A DNA stretch of 54,914 nucleotides from positions 744,001-798,914 of the forward strand of contig JAPEUD010000002.1 of assembly GCA_026026165.1 (NCBI GenBank), read 5' to 3'. Source of the stretch: Sarea resinae (Eukaryota). Below the pieces are notes generated by a model. The model had not been told where the DNA came from, made no database searches, and saw only the letters and a list, made by a program, of their open reading frames with translations. Made by a program: the position numbers and the translations under genes. Positions 37,699 to 50,512 of the stretch are shown here, piece by piece. Every line of letters starts with the position of its first letter. Within the stretch, counting starts at the first letter, position 1.

Positions 37699-40600
37699 CT
37701 ATCCAGAAAAGGAACTTCTTTCCCTATCTGCGTTCCTCCTCTTTGCTGCTTCCAACGCCTTCCGGATACGCTCCTGGTGTGCAGCATCACCGTCTATCGG
37801 TGGCAGCGGACTTGTGATCGTAGGCGCAGTCTGCATACCGTCCAGGCTTCTCAGGATAGCGTCAATGTCGCCACGCGCTCTTTCAAAGTCACCTCTAACC
37901 AGCCCCACCCTACGACTGAACTCCTCCTTGAGTCTGCGTTCCTTCTGCAGTCTCTCCACATCTAGCTCCTGGAAGACTGCCGGTTCGGCAAGAGCCATTC
38001 GGGCTTCGGCATCAGCAACACCATGACTGGCGGTCTGCAGACGCAATTCTGCATCGTGGAAACTCTCCATGAGCGCTTCCGAATTCGTCGTCAGGGCTTT
38101 GAGGACCCTCTCTGCCCAATCCAGTGCATCTCTCAAAGTCCTGAGATCCCCAAGATGGCTTGGATCTGGCACCGCTTCTCTGATCTTCAGGATGATTTGC
38201 GTGATTCCTTCCATGTAGTCTTGGTTTGCTTCAATGCCGCTCATCACGTGCTCTTCCAGGCGCTTAATAAGCTTCTTCGCTCTATGATGTTGGCTTTTTG
38301 CCGCATCGAGATTGGCTTTCCTTGCAGATTCATCGAGTTCTATTTTCAGCCTTTTCAGCTTTGCACGGTCTTCGGCTGGATCAAGAACCGCAACTTCCGC
38401 CAGTCTATATCGCCTGTCCCTCTCCACCTTGGCATCCACGATTATGTCCCATCGTCGACTGATCTTGTCGTAGAGGCCTACCAGACGACGTATCACCCAA
38501 GAATAGCGTGGCCGATCTGCATCCAATTCGAGACCTTGCTTGCCCGCTATCGCAACTTTGAGAAGATCGAAGCCATGAACATACTGATCCTCCAGTTGCT
38601 CGATCTCCTGGTGTAGCTTGTCAGTCACCGGCTCAAAAACGTTTCGGAGGAACCGCTGATATTCGTTCCTATGTTCTTCCCTCTCCTTCCGGATTTCGGA
38701 CTGCCTAAATTCATCCTCCAGGATAGCAATGTCTCCATAGCCGATTTGGTTCTCCTCATAAAGACGGTCGATATTCTGCCTTGACTCCTCTTGCCTAGCT
38801 TGACGTTCCCTTTCGATTCTTCCTCTGTAACTTTTCTCGCGAACCTCCCAATCCTGTAGTGTCCTGTCAAGAATACTAAAATCATCGCGTATAGCGTCCA
38901 TAGCCCGTCCGATAGCCTTCGAATGATTGTCCTCACCGACTCTTAATCCGTTTCGAGGAAGAATTGAGTCGAGCTCGACAGCTAGATCGTAACGAGCCAG
39001 GGGTCGGGGACTAGAACTTGCGGCGCTGTATGCACCTGAGGGAGGTACAGGCTCCGGCAAATCTGTCGGCGACCTGGATCTAGCTGAATTAGTCTCTGGA
39101 AGGCTTGAATTCACCTCCGGATATCTGCGTGGGCTATACGCAGGTTTCTGTTGAATGTTTGAGGTTGGAGCTGCTATCGATATAGAGTCATCTCGAGACC
39201 TAGAGGGTGGCTCAACAGGACCAACAGATCGTAGAGGCTGCTGGGTTTGGAGCTGTCTTAGGTCTGGGCTGGGCAGAGCACCCGGCTGGTCGGACCTTTG
39301 AGGTCGCTGGATTTTGGGACGGCCTCCTGGACTATACTCAATGTCGTCGGTTGACTCCACCAATATTTGGACATCCGTGATATCCTTATCGGACTTGTGC
39401 AACAGTTCGTCTTTTAGATCGGTACGTAATGGAGGAGGTGACTGATGGCTTAACGGCGGTGTCGAGGTTGGTTGGCGGCCGAGTCTGGGCGAATTGATAG
39501 CATTGTTTGCTGGTGTACTTTGCCGAATCCTATCCTCAGAGTAATCCCCACGTCGAGATTCGTCGTGAAGCTTGCCTTCTCGAAGACCTGCGCTTATTCT
39601 GTTCGCATCTTTCCTTGGACCAATTCCCGCACCGTATAGAGCCCCACGCAGACGAGATTCAGACATCATGAAGTCAGTGAATATCTGGGTCCTCTCCTCG
39701 TCTGAAGATGCTTGACTCTCACGACGGAGGACTTCAGCATAGCGTGAGAGTGAGTCCTGATAACAGGTCTTCAGTCCAGCGTAGATGCTAGCAATCTCGC
39801 CAATGGGACCATGATCTGTCTGACATGAAGCAGTTGCATGCGTTGGTAAGGCAACGGCCGCATTTTTGGGCTCTTGAACAGCAAGACCTGATAAGCGCCT
39901 AGCACTGGCCTTCGAAGGTGCTTTCGTCTCATCAGACTTGTCATCAGGTTCTCCCATGGCGTTGGCAATAGCCAGGGGGGCGGGAGATTCTTTGATTTCG
40001 TCAACCGGTGCTGACCCGGATTCTTCAATGCTCTCTTGGACCTCTTCCGGTTTGGGTGACATGGCTGTTTTCTGCCAGGCTTCAATCACCTCGTCAATAT
40101 TCTCGCTTGGCTCAGGTTCGTTCGCTGTATTGTCAACACTCATGACTTGATTGCGCCCTTCTTCATCGTCAGACGGCGACACCGAAGCCTTTGATGCAGT
40201 CTCCTGATATTGAGCGTTGATGTTGATAGACTCGTGGGGTGAGTGATCTGAGTCCAGTGGTTTCCTGTCTCCTTGTGACCCATCATTCGTTTGCTTCAGC
40301 CGCTTTTCTGGTGCTGAGGAATGTGCCGGTAAGGCGGGAGATCCAGTGACGGTTCTAGATGCACCCGTGGGCCGCTTTTTAGGTCGAATGACTTGACCCT
40401 TTTCATCCACATCATCATCATCATAAAGGCTATCGTATTCTCGGTCGGTCCGGTTATCATCTTCGACGGTGGGCTTGAGCTCGTCAAGAGTACTTCGTAC
40501 CTCATCCCCATTTTCAGTCTCCGGGGATACAGATGCTTCCAAAGTAGCCTTTTCAACCTCAGGGAGCGAAGATTCACGATCAGGTCCATTGGAATCATGC

Positions 40601-42217
40601 CTCCGCTGCTCCATAGACTCACTTAGGGATGCTGGGCCGTCGAAATTGGGTTGGAGAGTTTGCTCTGGATTTCCATTAGAGACGTGGCTTGTATAAGCAC
40701 CAAATCTTTCTGAACCATCTTCATCATTTGGCTCCTCAGCGTCAAGGGTATGGAGCCCAGATGAGGAATCCGTGTGCTGGTCAGAGCGGTCCGTAAAGTT
40801 AGGTAAAGGGTACATGTTTTGCTGATTTTGCCTTTCCATTAGACTTTCATCTGGACTGCGAGTTCCATTCGCTTCTCGCGCTAGCTCTTCAAACCTTTGG
40901 TCTTGTTGAACATGGGAGTTATCTTCAACTTCTTGTGTGATAGTATTCTTAGGCTGTTGTCCTCGAACCGGCCCCGGATTGATAAATGATGTCTCCTGGT
41001 TGACTGGTAGATGTTGAATCCGATCTTCAGTCTGCTGCCTCGGAGGATCATAGTGGTGCGTGCGGACTTGATGCGAATAAGGTGGATGAATCAGCTTTGC
41101 TTGAGGATTGTGCTGCACTTCCTCCTGGTAGCCTTGTGGTAGCGGTGGAAGCGTCGGAGGGTTTGGGCCTTGATCAAAGCCGTACACCTGAGTTGATTGC
41201 TGCACGTATGGCGACGATTGAGCTGGCTGAATGATACTTTGAGCAACTGGAGGACTCGATGGATGCGGAGGGGGCAGAACAGGTCGCGGAGGGAGAGGTG
41301 GCGCTTGTAAATTTCCATTCACCAGCTCACTGACACTGGTGGGTCTTGGCTAATCACGCCATCAGCAGCCTGAAAAACGCCGTGCTGATGAATAACAGTC
41401 TCCAGCTATGCGGAGGTCTTACCGGTAATGGAGGAGTTTGCGGTTGCGACGGCGCCTGAGAAAAGCTACCGATCGGCTGGCTTACGCTGGTAGGCCTTGG
41501 CTAATCATCGACTTAGTAAATAGAAAGACAACGGTTGATGGACAGCAGTTCCTAGCTTTGCTTACAGGCAGTTGAGGATTCTGCTCGTGCTGTTGCACTA
41601 ATTGGGTCGGCAGTGGCACTGGAGGGCCGGGCCACTGCTGTGATGGCCAAGAATTGACCTGCTGTTGAGATCCCGACGAGGGACGAGCAATGGGATCAAT
41701 AGTGGAATTCAACCTTGCTGCTGAGCTGCCACCATATCCTTCGAATTGGCCAGTCTCTATATTCTGAGAGAAGCCGAGTCCTGGTGCTGACTGACCCGAG
41801 CCATAGCTATTTCTTTCTGGAGCATAATCTTGCCGTCCGAGACTAGGCCCGTAGGTGTTTGGATTGTACGCAGGTACACCATGAGGCCCAGCAGGTACTG
41901 GCTGATCGGCCTGCCACGGAGGTTGCTGTTGTTGCGGATTTGAGGGAGCAGCCGGCCATTGACTGTAGGGAAACGGAGGAAGAAAGGCGGGCGGTTGGGC
42001 AGAAACACCCCACCCTTCATTCTGACGAAGAGCTTGTGAGAGAAAGATTAGCTACATCTGAATGATAACAGCATCGCGTTGCCCTACCACTGACTGGAGC
42101 ACCCTGGAAGAACGAGGTGGAAGGGATTTGATAGGTTGATGGTGGCGGAGGAGGTATAGGTGCTGAGGTACTAGGCATGTAGGGCTGAGAGAATCCAGAT
42201 CCGTAAGAGTTCTGCAT
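37699..42217 (-). CDS. Large uncharacterised protein: Pro/Gln-rich N-terminus, acidic disordered middle, helical coiled-coil C-terminus; 3 introns
   Basis: Exons ~42217-42095, 42021-41566, 41500-41423 and 41349-37699 join in frame with canonical GT-AG signals. The last exon holds the 1207-codon ORF. The start codon is uncertain. Confidence 0.75.
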
Positions 42218-45217
42218 TTTGAGAGGTGGGCCGGCCCTGTCTGTCCGCCGTGAGGCTCAAACAATAAGGGCCCACTGCCAAATCTGCCGGTGGTGGAATC
42301 GGACCGGCGACTGCTCCGAGGGCATCCACAGAGAACATATCCGATCCGTCGAGAGCAGAACTAGCACGCGATGCTTCGTGAACAACAGATTCTCAACGAC
42401 ATATTATTCTTGGCCTGTATCCGTGGTGCTGGAGACGGCACTCGACGAGATGCTGCCCGAACTTCCTGTTGTCAACGGCGTGTGAGGCTGGTTGTTTGTT
42501 CATTTCGCATAGGCGGCATAGCGCGGGACACACCATGCGCAGATCAGCGAAGCGAGTGGACATCGTGGTCCGGTCGACCACAATGATGCTTGTCCACATG
42601 GGCTTTGGCACGTCGAGGCACATGATGCAATACGGCTCATACTTGGCGATGGAGCATTCGCTATTGAAGCTTCAAGGGTCCTCAGAGTAGAAACCACATG
42701 GGAAGATCCGTCTCTTTCCAACCCGTCAGTCTATCCAACCCGTCAGTAGTGCAGAGTGACTCGACTCCATATGACCATCTCCCAGAAGGGCAATGGATCA
42801 TGGACTATGGGGGGTGGAAACATCCCGCAGTATTTGGTTTCTTGTCGCTTGATACATCAATCTCATGTGACGAAGGATGGCGCTGCCCCAATCTTCCTGG
42901 CTCGGCTTCGAATCGGAAGGTAGAGACCGTATCATGCGATGTATTCATAATCAAAAGAAAGAAAAGGAGCTACCAAGTCGGGGGTACGATAGATGAACAC
43001 GAGAGATCTTAGATGGGAGATGCAGATGGCAGATGGTGCAAAAGGCGTCGCAAAAAGCCCATTCGAATTTCAAATACTGCATTCATGATGAAGCCTTCCC
43101 GGTCTTTGAGACGATGAGGTCCGAACTACCAAGCATGTCCTGCAGCAGCGGGACCGAGTACTCCACCAGCTGGCAGGAGACGGATTGCTATTCGATACGA
43201 GATGGGAGGCAGATACGCTGATACGGGCGGGTCGAAGATCCTCGATCAGCTCTCATTCCTGTCATTGGGCCCAGGGCGATGCAACGGACTTTTCATGCCA
43301 TAAGCAGTGACGAAGTTTCCCTTTTGCTCTTGTATCGCTTTCGGCTCGCTCATTTTCGGATCAATTCAGTTCTCATCTTCCAATGCCTTTATTGCCCACG
43401 CCTACTATGTAGAAGCATGCAGAAGACGGGAAGCCGCCTGCATTGGTGCATAGACATCCAATGCCCACGAATGGCAGGCTTTCTGTTGCCGAAGTCCGAA
43501 AAGAAACCCTTGGATGTTATCTGAGCAAGCAAAGGGCACTGTTTCACAGGAACCACTTGGGGGACCGCCACGATCGATGTGAATTGAAGTTGAAGTGGCG
43601 TCGCGCGATAACAGGTTCATTGGACGGCAACATCGCACAAGGCGTCGCACAGTAGAAGCCGCCACCAGATCTTGATGCGAATGGTGCCCGGAAGAGCTGC
43701 TATCCCATACGGTAGTAATCGTAGGGAGGGGGAAAAGGTAAGGTACCTAGGATGAGGCCAGATCGGTAAGGGCCGTGAGGTCTGGCATCCTATCTCAAAG
43801 TTGCTTCTACTACGCGCCCTACTCAGATCATCATCATCACGGGTGTCGACGTGTGTGTGATAGGTGCAGCAGAGAGGAGCTTGCTTCGACGTAAGATGAT
43901 GGCCTTCCTGACCATCGGCATCAAACTAATTCCATGATTGTTGAAGAACAAATAAAACCTCTCTGGGCCATGGGGGACATGGTGCATGTAGCTTCGTACT
44001 TACATACCTATCGGCATGGCGGACAATGCTCCGCTGGACGCATCAACCTAAATACTCTACTTGGGCGTACTTCAGTTCCGCGCAGTTAGAAGCAGGGAAT
44101 GGGGCCTGCGTGCATGCGACGCATTGACGGGCGGACAGGGCTAGGCCGCGTGCCACAGTCCCGGCCGACACCAGTCTTGCTGGCACTACTACTGCGTAGT
44201 ATGGAGCACTACAGCTAGGTGTTGGAATTTCTGGGGAGTGGCGGATGAGCATAAACGATGTCTGTGCTCGAAGCCGGTATTCGATGCGTGACCGCATTGC
44301 TGGTTCAATGGACAAAGTATTGGGCAATTGCATCCATTCCATGGATGCCGTTGCGAGTCCAAGGATGGCCGGAAACCTGCATTGCCTCCGAAGAGAGGAG
44401 GGACTCTGGACATGGATACGAGTACCAGAGATCAGAGATCCATCCGAGGCCCGGGTAGGTCCGCTGCAAGCATGTCCACAGTTTGTGACACCACCAGTAC
44501 TCTGTACATTGAATGTGGGAGGAGCAGGAGCGAAGTCCGAAGTACTACGGAGTCTGTGACGAATACCTACTACCTACTCTGGCCCCCTCCTCCAAGGATG
44601 ACATCAGAGGCATCAGAGGCATCAGAGACATCCATCAGAGGGCCAGCGGGAGCTTCAGTGCCTACTACGCTGTAGAACTCCGGACTACAACCCATGCCAA
44701 TCAGCATGTTCCGATTTATGCTTCTCGACCTTGGCCACTAAGATCGAGAGACTCGCAAGCGTCTTCTGTCATCCATGGATCCGCCCTCTCTGGATGATAC
44801 ATGGCCGGCGTGCCTCGATACCTGCTATACTCCGTAGTGGCGGGAAGGCTCAAAGAGAACCTGAAATACGCCTTGACCCCCCGGAATGAGGTACCTGAGG
44901 TCGTCGTACTCGTCTGGGTCCTGCTAAGGCATGTGAGGAGGTGCACAGCCATGCCGCCACATGAATCGACGAGGTACTCCGGCGTACCAGTAGGCAAGGA
45001 CGGTACCTTACGTGGCTACCTGACCTTGGCCGGTACCTCTCCCTCCATGAGTACCTTGCCGAGTACCTTATCAATGCGCCCTGTACATGGGGTACTTGAG
45101 CTCATTCCTGACCACATGGATTGTTCTTACACGAGGCGTCTGCCGACATACCTACTACGACTCTGCTCGTAGAAGTACTCCATGCAACCCTCTATGGCTC
45201 TCGGGCTCCTTCCTCGA

Positions 45218-45266
45218 AGTCGAGGATGTCGAGGATGTCGAGGAAGTCGAGGATGTCGAGGATGTC
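45218..45266. repeat. 9-nt tandem repeat (GTCGAGGAW)x5
   Basis: gtcgaggat gtcgaggat gtcgaggaa gtcgaggat gtcgaggat, in intergenic DNA. Confidence 0.85.
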
Positions 45267-46224
45267 TCGGTCAGGCAGGGCAAGGGAAATGTGTGGCCAA
45301 GGAGAGCTGGAGTCATCCGTTCGCCGCCCTCGAGAGGACGCGTAGAGCTAGAGTACTTCGTACTGGACTTTGATCGCGGACGGATAATAATTTGGTCATT
45401 TTACCTAACTACTTACCTCTTCGAGCAATTGCAGCAGCACATCCAAATAAACGTCCGCGCCCGCTGCGGACTCCGGTGAGATGGATGTACTCGAGTCCTG
45501 CTCCCTGCAGACGGGCCCCCCTGCGACATGCTGCCACCCCCGATGGTTTTGATGCCGCTAAAGGCGAAGTACTGCTCCTCCTGGGAACATGCCCAGCCAG
45601 GTCGCCCTAACCGATGACGGTGGCAGTGACCAGGACCGTGGCGACGAGAAGGGTTTGGTGAGCGGCTGAGAGACTGGAGCTTTGGTGACGCCAAGGGCAG
45701 GGAGGGGGGCCCTGAGCGCCTCGTGGGTACTATGAGGACTATGAGTACAGCGTACTCCGTACACTTACTGTGGCGGTTCTCTCTCCAGACCCGACACGGC
45801 ATAGCGAGGTACCCTTGCCCACCTCAGAGGTCAGGAAGGTCAGGTAGGTCAGGCAGGTCAAGGTACTCGATCTGGTACTTCGTACTGTGTATCTCGTCCG
45901 ACTGCTCTGCGGTCGGAACAGCGCTGGGAGGGCTTCGGTGACCTTCGTGATCTCCCCCCCAAGCCGCATCAGCAGCTGCGAGCCAAAGGTCTAGGGCGCC
46001 AGCCAGCCCAGCCAGCCAGCAAGCCCCAAGCAAGCCCCAAGCAAGCCCATACTGCTGCCCGCCGTCCGCTGTCCGCTGTCCGCCGCCCGCTGCCCGTGAA
46101 CTGGCACTTGCTGAGAAGCAAAGAGCGCGAAAGGGAGAAAGAGAGACAGAGGGAGGAAAACAGATCTGCTTTCGCTCCAGCTTTCACCAAGGAAACCCAC
46201 CTATCGTTGTTTTCGCTACATGAT

Positions 46225-47333
46225 ACCTCATATTCGTGCCCCCCCTCCTCATACCAAACCGAAAGAATACCAGAATACCACAAGACCAACAATACCGGAA
46301 TACCTTCCTTGGAGCTGCGTACGCGGTAGCCAATTCGGCTTACTCTCAGCTTGTCCTGCCTTCTCGATTATCTTCATTGCAGCCTTCCGTCATTATCGCC
46401 TTGCCATTGATTCCGAAACCAAACACAATCTACCTGGCCAGCCGACCTTCCCTCGTTGTGTGGCCCAGCATCCGGAGACATACCGAGCGAAAGTATACGA
46501 AGATAGTTCAGCGAGGCTTCCTACTTCCAGGCACGGCGATTCCTCCGCCACTTGTTGTTGACCCCACGCTTTGTGGCTCTGGCGTCATCCGCGCCTGCGA
46601 CAACCTCCTACCTACCTTCTTGACCATTGCGAGCTCTGCTTCACCATCTCAGCCTTACAACATCCATCCGTCTCGTTGCGCGAACCATATTCTGACTCGA
46701 AACTCAGTCTGCTGCTATATTCTGGTTTCTTTCAGCGGAGTGGCTTGTCTCTGAAGGTTCGTTCGCTCGCTCGCCCGCCTTCCCGGCTCATCGAAGTGGC
46801 AATCTTGACGGACGCGCCCGAGGCTGACATTCTGGTGCAGACAAGGCTAATCGCTAAACAAATCGAACAGTCCAGCTGTTGATCCTTTTGCAGCGCCTTG
46901 TTTCAACTCGTCCGTCGCAAATACTTCTCGTCCCGTTACGTCCCGTATAATTGCTCGCGGGGTGCGATCCTCGATCTCGAGCTACGCATGGATAGCAACC
47001 ACAGCCTACAATGATATATCGAGCTTCGAGGTGATCGTACAGATGCTACACTTGAGGACGTTGGTCCGCATAATTGACGAAAATCCCCGCGTTGTATCAT
47101 ATCGATTTGGGAAGTTTAGACACCGCGAGAAATCGGCAGAGAGTATGTATCGCCGTGGTGCCATCGATTCCTACGACATGCGTCAAAGCCTCATATATGT
47201 CCGTACAGGATCGATGCTAACATACAGATATCCTCTAGGAAGGAGACAATACTCTAGATAAGCCTCACTTTGGCTCCCTGTGCCCTCGTGGGCCGTTCAT
47301 CGTCGCTTCACGACCTGAGTGGAACTTTCCTCC
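46225..47333 (+). promoter_or_regulatory. Putative long 5' UTR with two introns and three uORFs
   Basis: Introns 46757-46840 (AG|GTTCGT..GCTGAC..CAG) and 47143-47227 (GTATGT..GCTAAC..CAG). No ATG in ~46225-46987. uORFs start at 46988, 47011 and 47043. Confidence 0.55.
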
Positions 47334-49427
47334 ATGGCACAGCCGACAGCCGCCACTCCTGCACCGAGCACTCCTACCCACCTGGGGCCCTTTTCGACTT
47401 CAAACGTCTCACCTACACCGCCCAACTCGATAGCATCATCAACGAACGTGTCTCACCACCCGGACAGCCAAGGGTCGAGGTCCCTAAGGCAGGGACTGTT
47501 GAACAAGGCTGACCATCCTATCAACTTGCCCAATCTCACATCAATCGCTAGTGCCGGACTACGGACATCCCCTTCGCCCAAGCCTCAAAAGTTAGCCTCG
47601 TCACCTAGATTCTCGTCTAAACCTTTGACTGGGTTAGCTACCATATCAGATGATCGGCGACGCCGCGAAGAAAACGAGCGCCTCGAAGCACAAAAACAGA
47701 GCTTGAATCCAGCAAGTAACGCTCTAGGGACGCTGCTCGGAAGGCCGGATAGTAGCATGAGCAAACCACAAGATGCTCCGCCAGCAGCGGTGAGTACAAC
47801 AAGTGAGCCGCTGGCAACCATGGCAAATTCAATTTCAACTTCGGAACCGACGCCAGCAGGAGACGACGCACAGAACACCTCATCGAGCGTCTCGAGGATA
47901 TCGACAGCAGAAAATTCTACTATAGCAGCAATAACGACACCTGCCACCTCCATCTCCGGCAGCAATGCGAATGCGGATGCACTGGCGACCACTAGTAGCG
48001 GGTCCAAGAGCCCTAACCCAGCCTCCACCTTCCCGGCTGCTTCTGAAGATAGATCCAATAAGGCACTGTCTTTCCCTCCTCCCGTCTCCGAGACCTCGAT
48101 GGGTAACAGTGATGCGCGAAATCCGATGCGCGGGATGAGCCTACCAATGCCCGGCTTTGGGCAAAATGGGATTCGATCTGATTCCGCGAAGAAACATCGA
48201 TGTCCTTATTGCTCGACCGATTTCACACGCCATCACAACTTAAAAAGCCATCTTCTCACGCACAGCCACGAAAAGCCGTATGCTTGCCAGACGTGTCAAG
48301 TCAGGTTCCGAAGACTACACGATCTCAAACGACACACAAAACTTCATACCGGAGAAAGGCCACATGTCTGTCCGAAATGTAATCGTCGATTTGCAAGAGG
48401 TGATGCATTAGCTAGGCATAACAAAGGCCAAGGCGGCTGCGCTGGACGGAGAGCTAGCATGGGCAGTTTCGGCGGCGATGACGATTTCAATGAAGGTTCG
48501 CAGACCGGACATGATACTATGCAAGGCACTGGCGTTGATGAAAGCATGGATGGCCTTCTTTATACTGGTGACGGGGGAGGTGACGTCGATCGAATGGACG
48601 AGGACGGAGAATTGGCCGACGAAAGAAGGCGCATGAGCCTACCAAGTATAAAGGCTCACGATGCGCCGTCCACTTCACACCGGAGCGACAGCGCATCTCA
48701 AAATACATATCAACATCATTCTAGTACCTATCCTCCGGTCGCTGCACGGGCTCCAGGCCAGTCTTCCTCTGGTCTGCTTCCTCCCGGCCATGGCTCAGGT
48801 ATGTGGTCTCGCACAAGCACGTCCCCTAGTACGCAGGCGCGTACTCTCAGCCCCAAGACGGCCGGCAGTGGGACATCTGGACCATCTACCGCTGGGCCAC
48901 CATCTATGTTCTCCGGAGGAGGAATGACTGAGAGTCCGAAACCTTTGTCTCCCCATGGTCTTACATCACATCAACTTGGACATCCCGATAACGCAACTAT
49001 GCATCGAAATCGGTCCCCCAGCCTGACCCAACAATTCCAGCAGCAACACTTTGGCCGGCACGGAACTACCCGATCCCCTCCACCAATGGGACTCCCTCCG
49101 CCTATGGGGGGCCCGGGAAACGCAAATGCGCCTCAACTCCCATCCCTGCCTGGCCTTGGTCCTCCAGAGTCGAGACTGAGCTTACATAGCCAGTCCGCTG
49201 AACGCATTGGCGGAGTTTTGCCTGGTCAGGCAGCGCCATCTATAGCCAGCGGGACATCCGGTGGTGGTAGCACTTCGAGCCACGGCCAGGGAAGTGCCGA
49301 ATCGAGCAGGAACATCTTCGCGGGCGCAGATATATGGGGCTACGTCAGGAGCCTCGAAGAGAGATTGAGTAGACTACAGGAAGAAGTGACTTCGCTCAAA
49401 GGTCAAGTGGCAAGTCAAAATCGATAA
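47334..49427 (+). CDS. C2H2 zinc-finger transcription factor (3 fingers) with a C-terminal coiled coil
   Basis: CPYC..FTRHHNLKSHLLTH-SHEKPY-CQTC..FRRLHDLKRHTKLH-TGERPH-CPKC..FARGDALARH. First in-frame ATG is 47334 (in-frame TGA at 47316). Confidence 0.92.
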   Translation: MAQPTAATPAPSTPTHLGPFSTSNVSPTPPNSIASSTNVSHHPDSQGSRSLRQGLLNKADHPINLPNLTSIASAGLRTSPSPKPQKLASSPRFSSKPLTGLATISDDRRRREENERLEAQKQSLNPASNALGTLLGRPDSSMSKPQDAPPAAVSTTSEPLATMANSISTSEPTPAGDDAQNTSSSVSRISTAENSTIAAITTPATSISGSNANADALATTSSGSKSPNPASTFPAASEDRSNKALSFPPPVSETSMGNSDARNPMRGMSLPMPGFGQNGIRSDSAKKHRCPYCSTDFTRHHNLKSHLLTHSHEKPYACQTCQVRFRRLHDLKRHTKLHTGERPHVCPKCNRRFARGDALARHNKGQGGCAGRRASMGSFGGDDDFNEGSQTGHDTMQGTGVDESMDGLLYTGDGGGDVDRMDEDGELADERRRMSLPSIKAHDAPSTSHRSDSASQNTYQHHSSTYPPVAARAPGQSSSGLLPPGHGSGMWSRTSTSPSTQARTLSPKTAGSGTSGPSTAGPPSMFSGGGMTESPKPLSPHGLTSHQLGHPDNATMHRNRSPSLTQQFQQQHFGRHGTTRSPPPMGLPPPMGGPGNANAPQLPSLPGLGPPESRLSLHSQSAERIGGVLPGQAAPSIASGTSGGGSTSSHGQGSAESSRNIFAGADIWGYVRSLEERLSRLQEEVTSLKGQVASQNR

Positions 49428-50512
49428 CCTGCGTTGTCTGAGTGCTCCCTTGACTGTACTGTCTGGAAAACCATGGGAATTATATTACATGTTGTGAGCA
49501 TCTAATGAATATAATAGTCAGCCTGGCGTTTTTTTTTTGGCTCGAGACGGCACGGCGACCTCTCCTGGGGGTCTGGGTCTGAGAAAAAAAGTCCAGTACA
49601 CGATAGCGGCTTCCATTAGCAGCAGGGAACGGTGCTCTGATCTGCGGCGTATTAAAGGCGTGTTTCTGGAGAAACACCTCGCACGGCCACTGGAATGCAT
49701 CTTGAGCGACTGGCTCAAGACGGCCTGGTCCACATTGTCCTGTCATGATTCAGGCAAAAACTTGAAGTCTTTATTGATATCTGGGCGGCATATTACTTTC
49801 TCGTCACGAATCATCGATTGTCTTTTTTACTGTCATATCTTCCACATTCTTGTATGATAGGTGGTCTGTTTCTCTTTCTTTTCTCCGCCGCCGATGCGCT
49901 ACGACATTAGCGCTTTAGGTGACTACCTTACTAGCGTAACACGACCCGTCGTATGAAAGAAAGCGACATCATTGAAGCCAGACCTTTTCTGCTTTCTACT
50001 CTTAGACTCCCGCATTCGCGCTTTACCGAGACCGGAGTCTATGCCTTCCATAACAAAGAATATTGAATGTGAAGCATAACACAACCGGAAGCCTAATAGG
50101 GATGCAAGATGCCGAAAGCCGTTTCTTTCAGAATACGTGTGGCATGCACGATGGAACCCATGCGATTGTGGCTTCCAGGATTAACTTTAGCCACAAAAAA
50201 GCCGCTTTCCCAGATGCGTCCCAGACTTCATGCTCAATTCATGCTATCTCATTCGAACTTGAATCTCTGACTTTTGTGCGATGAGAGCGTCCAGAACGTC
50301 CAGAAAGAGGTCGCCCAGCAAGGGCAAGGTAGGTCTTTGTCGAAAATCAAACAAAGAATGGGGATGCAGAGATATTTATTGCTGCTTGGTCCACCGTTGC
50401 CAGATTTGTTCTCACTTGAACTCGTTCGAACCCGCTGTGCTCCACTCTTTACTACTACGGAGCTCTTCGCTGATATCTCCTTTTCACCACTTTCTAAATT
50501 TACTACTTTTCA

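Noticed and set aside
42400..46200. Many short ORFs in the long intergenic region
   Set aside because: No recognisable domains or consistent exon chain; treated as regulatory/intergenic DNA.
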